From Chthoniobacterales bacterium (GTDB lineage: Bacteria > Verrucomicrobiota > Verrucomicrobiia > Chthoniobacterales > UBA6821): 64,000 bases of DNA. Below, one piece after another: positions 60,834 to 64,000 of this stretch. Where the stretch lies: the NCBI GenBank assembly GCA_036824855.1, contig DAISZK010000009.1, forward strand, positions 1,296-65,295. The letters run 5' to 3'. Below the pieces are notes generated by a model, which was given only the letters and a program-made list of their open reading frames with translations, did not search any database and was not told the origin of the DNA. The translations under genes and the position numbers were made by a program. Position 1 is the first letter of the stretch. Every line of letters starts with the position of its first letter.

Positions 60834-61859
60834 CTAGAGTAACTCTGCGATCTGCACGGCGTTCAATGCCGCACCTTTAAGCAACTGATCGCCACACACC
60901 CAGAACGTCAGGGCATTGGGTAGGGCGCAATCCAGACGGAGTCTTCCCACTCGGCAGTTGTCTTCCCCGCTGCATTCAATCGGCATGGGATAGACCGCTC
61001 GGGAAGGATCGTCATACAAAATAATTCCCGTCGCCTTTCTTAGCGCCTCTCGAGCCTGCTCAAGGGAAATGGGATTCTCGAATTCAGCGGTCACCGCCAC
61101 GGAGTGAGCACGGTAAACAGGAACCCTGACACAGGTAACCGAAGCCGTGAAGTGTGGGAGATGTAGGATCCTTCTTCCCTCGTTCTGCATCTTCATCTCT
61201 TCGCGCGTGTACCCATCCTCCAAGAAAGAGTCGACATGAGGGAGGACATTGAAGGCGATCTGATGAGGATAGACATCCTTGGTCACGGGTCTCCCCTCCG
61301 AAATCTCATCGACCTGCTGACGGAGTTCCTCAATCGCCCGGGCTCCCGTACCTGAAACAGCCTGATAGCTTGACGCAATGATTCTCTTGAGTCCGAATGC
61401 TTGGTGTAACGGATGCACCGCCATAAGAGTGATCGCGGTGGTGCAGTTCGGGTTAGCCAGAATCCCAGAATGAGAGCCTGCATCAGCGGCATTGATCTCG
61501 GGAACAACCAAGGGAACTCCGGTATCCATTCGGAAGGCCGAGGAGTTATCCACAACGATGGCACCGGCTTTCACGGCATGGGGTGCGAATTCCTTAGAGA
61601 TTCCTCCACCAGCGCTAAAGAGAGCGATATCAATGCCCTTGAAGCTATTTTCGGTGAGCGGTTCCACGACGATCTGTTCTCCGCGGAATTCCAAACTTTT
61701 TCCGGCAGAACGAGGTGAGGCGAAAAGTCGCAGAGAAGCGACTAAGAAATTCCTTCTCTCCAAAACCTTCATCATCTCGATGCCTACGGCTCCTGTCGCA
61801 CCGACGATGGCAAGATGTTTGGGAGTGGAGATATTGTTACTGTGGTCTGTCTTGCTCAT
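60834..61859 (-). CDS. asd: Aspartate-semialdehyde dehydrogenase
   Basis: VGATGAVG, DNSSAFRM, ANPNCTT, YQAVSGTG, CVRVPV..HS, DQLLKGAALNAVQIAE. Confidence 0.98.
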   Translation of the reverse strand: MSKTDHSNNISTPKHLAIVGATGAVGIEMMKVLERRNFLVASLRLFASPRSAGKSLEFRGEQIVVEPLTENSFKGIDIALFSAGGGISKEFAPHAVKAGAIVVDNSSAFRMDTGVPLVVPEINAADAGSHSGILANPNCTTAITLMAVHPLHQAFGLKRIIASSYQAVSGTGARAIEELRQQVDEISEGRPVTKDVYPHQIAFNVLPHVDSFLEDGYTREEMKMQNEGRRILHLPHFTASVTCVRVPVYRAHSVAVTAEFENPISLEQAREALRKATGIILYDDPSRAVYPMPIECSGEDNCRVGRLRLDCALPNALTFWVCGDQLLKGAALNAVQIAELL

Positions 61860-61920
61860 AATGTGAGGTAAAAATTGCCTTTAGAGCGCTCGCTCTGCAA
61901 GCATCCAGAAAAGGGAACTT

Positions 61921-62403
61921 ATGATATCATCCTCAATCAAGGAGAGCGATCCTCCCCAATCAATTTTAATCGATATCAAGCGCCAGACTCTTGAACTGCA
62001 TCATGATGGTCATGTGATCGCGACTTATCCTGTCTCAAGTTCACAGTTCGGACTGGGATGTGAGGAGGGAAGTTTTCGAACACCAACGGGGCGTTTCAGA
62101 ATCTGTGAAAAGTTCGGTGAGGGTGCGCCACCCTGGATGATCTTCAAAGGGCGCATCCCGACCGGAGAAACTGCTCTCCCTGGGGGTGGGCATGATCATG
62201 TTCTGACCCGTATCCTCTGGTTAGAAGGACTGGACGAGGCAAACAGAAACACCAAGGACCGCTACATCTACATTCACGGCACGAATCAAGAGGCCTTGAT
62301 CGGAAGCCCTGCCAGCCATGGCTGCATTCGTCTGAAGAACCTGGAGATGATCGATCTTCATGACCGAGTAAAAATCGGCACGGAAGTGCTTATCACCCCC
62401 TGA
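61921..62403 (+). CDS. L,D-transpeptidase (YkuD family)
   Basis: TPTG, TRILWL, IYIHGT......G.PASHGCIRL. Confidence 0.92.
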   Translation: MISSSIKESDPPQSILIDIKRQTLELHHDGHVIATYPVSSSQFGLGCEEGSFRTPTGRFRICEKFGEGAPPWMIFKGRIPTGETALPGGGHDHVLTRILWLEGLDEANRNTKDRYIYIHGTNQEALIGSPASHGCIRLKNLEMIDLHDRVKIGTEVLITP

Positions 62404-62517
62404 TTAGTGACCCGGCATAAAGAAGAAAAAATTCCGTGGGAATTTGCTTTGTGGGAGAGGCTTGAGACCTTAAAATGTTCCTTTAGCAACCAGCTTAGAA
62501 AGGAGGCGAAATTTATC

Positions 62518-62631
62518 ATGACCATCACCAAGATCGCAGCAGTCGTCGCTCTCGCGGCAGCTACTCTCACCCTCGGCGCTTGCGCCCAGAAGCAGGCACC
62601 TGCTCCCGCCACCGTCGGCAAGAGCAAGTAA
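62518..62631 (+). CDS. Small lipoprotein (37-aa precursor)
   Basis: SD AAGGAGG at 62500-62506; MTITKIAAVVALAAATLTLGA|C lipobox; followed by a terminator. Confidence 0.8.
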   Translation: MTITKIAAVVALAAATLTLGACAQKQAPAPATVGKSK

Positions 62632-62680
62632 CTTGTAGAAGGGGGAGGTTATCCGGATTCCGGATGATTCAATCTCATTT

Positions 62681-62714
62681 AAAAGCCGGGCCGTTCATTC
62701 GGCCCGGCTTTTTT
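62681..62714 (+). terminator. Intrinsic (possibly bidirectional) terminator
   Basis: AAAAGCCGGGCCG-ttcatt-CGGCCCGGCTTTTTT. Confidence 0.9.
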
Positions 62715-62764
62715 AGTGCCTGTTTGGCATTCACCTCAAAGATACATTGAACAAATGACCGTAG

Positions 62765-62786
62765 TGACCCGCATGGATTCAAACCA
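62765..62786 (-). repeat. Degenerate copy of tRNA-Gln 3' end (att-like scar)
   Basis: TGACCCGCATGGATTCAAACCA versus TGCCCCGCATGGATTCGAACCA (62865-62886): 20/22 identical, 100 bp apart. Confidence 0.7.
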
Positions 62787-62863
62787 AGAAAACAAATAGG
62801 AGATCGGTTTTTTCCTGCACTCTGCCCTACACTAAGAGCTAGACCCGCTTAGAAAAAGTAGAG

Positions 62864-62934
62864 CTGCCCCGCATGGATTCGAACCATGAATAATGCCTCC
62901 AAAGGGCACTGTGTTACCGTTACACCACAGGGCA
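62864..62934 (-). tRNA. tRNA-Gln(TTG), CCA not encoded
   Basis: Reverse complement TGCCCTG-TGGTGTAACGGTAACAC-AGTGCC-CTTTGGA-GGCAT-TATT-CATGGTTCGAATCCATG-CGGGGCA-G cloverleaf. Confidence 0.95.
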
Positions 62935-62976
62935 AGATATACTCTTAAAAATCAACGACTTACGGGGAGGTTCCCC

Positions 62977-63081
62977 ATGAGTTCCCTAAATCCGGAGGAT
63001 TTGGCACGTCGATCTGAAGGGCAGTGTGCAGGAAGTACACTTCTCTGGCAAGTCGAAGGAAATGAAGGGGGTGTAAAATGA
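62977..63081 (+). CDS. Small hypothetical protein (34 aa)
   Basis: GGGAGG upstream; MSSLNPEDLARRS...; ATGA overlap with next ORF. Confidence 0.4.
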   Translation: MSSLNPEDLARRSEGQCAGSTLLWQVEGNEGGVK

Positions 63082-63188
63082 TTGCCCTCTGTTTGTCGGT
63101 TATCGCTTTGATCCTGTGGGTCGGGCGTGAGGAAGCTGCGGAGATCATTGCGTGGCTGATGGAGCGATTCCAAGGAGGTGGCCGATGA
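63078..63188 (+). CDS. Small protein with hydrophobic N-terminus (36 aa)
   Basis: Manual translation MIALCLSVIALILWVGREEAAEIIAWLMERFQGGR*; ATGA overlaps at both ends. Confidence 0.5.
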   Translation: MIALCLSVIALILWVGREEAAEIIAWLMERFQGGGR

Positions 63189-63343
63189 GCACTGATCCTT
63201 GCCTCGATGCGGCTCTTGCTTCGATCCGGCCTTCGTTTTTCCGCCGGATCTGGAATTGGTATAAGCGACTGACTGGTTACACGGCTCCTAGTTCTTCGGG
63301 GCCTCGTTTCCGCTCGACGACTCTCCCAGGGAGGCAGCCATGA
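63185..63343 (+). CDS. Small hypothetical protein (52 aa)
   Basis: AAGGAGG upstream; MSTDPCLDAALASIRPSFFRRIWNWYKR...; ATGA overlaps. Confidence 0.55.
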   Translation: MSTDPCLDAALASIRPSFFRRIWNWYKRLTGYTAPSSSGPRFRSTTLPGRQP

Positions 63344-63558
63344 GTTCCGTCGCTGTTCGCTCGTGCTCGATCTGTGGGGCACAAGAGAGGCATTTCCTGA
63401 AGGCGGACGATGCGTCGCGTGTCTGCTTCGATTGCTGGGATTCTCATCTGACTCCCAAGCCTTTCGACCGTTCGCGGTTCGTGGATCTCAAGAGTCACCC
63501 GATTCTCTTCCCGATATCTCCAAGAAGTTTTACCACGCACTCGAGGAGGATGTCATGA
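63340..63558 (+). CDS. Small CxxC..CxxC zinc-finger-like protein
   Basis: GGGAGG upstream; CSICG...CFDCW. Confidence 0.6.
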   Translation: MSSVAVRSCSICGAQERHFLKADDASRVCFDCWDSHLTPKPFDRSRFVDLKSHPILFPISPRSFTTHSRRMS

Positions 63559-63725
63559 GCGAGCCATCCTTTCAGGAAAAGCTTTTGAAGATGATGCGCG
63601 AGACCCGAAAATCGTATCAGGAGTGCTGCCGTATTCTTGGCCAGCGTGGGGGTAATGCTTCGGCTGCGCGGCGTAAGAGTATCGCATGGGAGAGTCGCAA
63701 GCTGGAGGCGCAAAAAATCCGATGA
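63555..63725 (+). CDS. Small basic protein with GQRGG (KGG-like) motif
   Basis: GAGGAGG upstream; MSEPSFQEKLL...ILGQRGGNASAARRK; internal ATG of track ORF 63363..63725. Confidence 0.6.
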   Translation: MSEPSFQEKLLKMMRETRKSYQECCRILGQRGGNASAARRKSIAWESRKLEAQKIR

Positions 63726-64000
63726 GCGATCATTTCCACCAGGAACAACGGATCACGGAGACTCTGAGAGTTGCCTGGAGCCGTGAGCAGGCTGCCGGCC
63801 GCGATCCTGTCTACACCCGCACTCCCATGGATGAGATGGTCGCCCGCGAAGAGGGGGAAGCTTTGGAGGAGCATCTGATACGACTGGAGGCATTCCGTCG
63901 CCTCATGAGTATTTTCTTCGCGGATGGACCGCATCCTTCGGATGTGATGCGCCGAGTCTATGCCTTCGCCAAGGCCCTGCGTCCCGAACTCATCCTCAAT
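63722..64000 (+). CDS. Hypothetical protein, partial (runs off window)
   Basis: Open frame of 93 codons MSDHFHQEQRITETLRVAWS...FFADGPHPSDVMRRVYAFAKALRPELILN; ATGA overlap with previous ORF. Confidence 0.65.
   Translation, partial: MSDHFHQEQRITETLRVAWSREQAAGRDPVYTRTPMDEMVAREEGEALEEHLIRLEAFRRLMSIFFADGPHPSDVMRRVYAFAKALRPELILN

Larger units (their letters stand above)
62940..64000 (+). mobile_element. Left end of a probable prophage or integrative element next to tRNA-Gln
   Basis: Abrupt switch to tightly ATGA-coupled tiny hypothetical ORFs; CGTAAGTCGTTGATTTT-type motif (reverse strand) near 62948-62964; no integrase or structural gene visible. Confidence 0.6.

Noticed and set aside
62960-63382. 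140-aa - strand ORF in the phage-like region
   Set aside because: Overlaps the better-supported + strand SD-bearing ATGA-coupled chain

Overview
A mostly core-genome segment of a bacterial chromosome, most likely Verrucomicrobiota. The assignment is inferred from a Verrucomicrobia/Planctomycetes-restricted Minf_1886-type gene and an Ala(-1) prepilin. Housekeeping content: gap(3' end)-pgk-tpiA, CCA enzyme, speA-gcvT-gcvH-gcvP, larC, lpxA, radC, pit, hpt, tkt, aguA, trxA, prc, pilC/gspG-like, an ECF sigma, trmB, tig-clpP-clpX, two partial peptide ABC loci, gpmA, pepF, a PAS histidine kinase, a GH29 fucosidase, bcp, an M16 peptidase, asd, an L,D-transpeptidase, tRNA-Val(TAC) and tRNA-Gln(TTG). 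Accessory or unusual parts: (1) an islet at 18.3-22.2 kb with a Pycsar-type membrane effector beside a stand-alone cNMP-binding protein and no cyclase, divergent from two orphan chemoreceptors, one of inverted architecture; (2) a large cyclophilin plus six Ig-like-repeat secreted protein wedged against the tRNA-Val 3' end; (3) a decayed vapBC-type toxin-antitoxin relic with a palindrome at its start codon; (4) two families of dispersed intergenic heptamer repeats; (5) His/Cys-rich tracts on several unrelated proteins; (6) the edge of a probable prophage or integrative element next to tRNA-Gln, starting with six ATGA-coupled small ORFs, plus a degenerate copy of the tRNA 3' end 100 bp away. All family assignments come from motif recognition by eye; no database searches were run.
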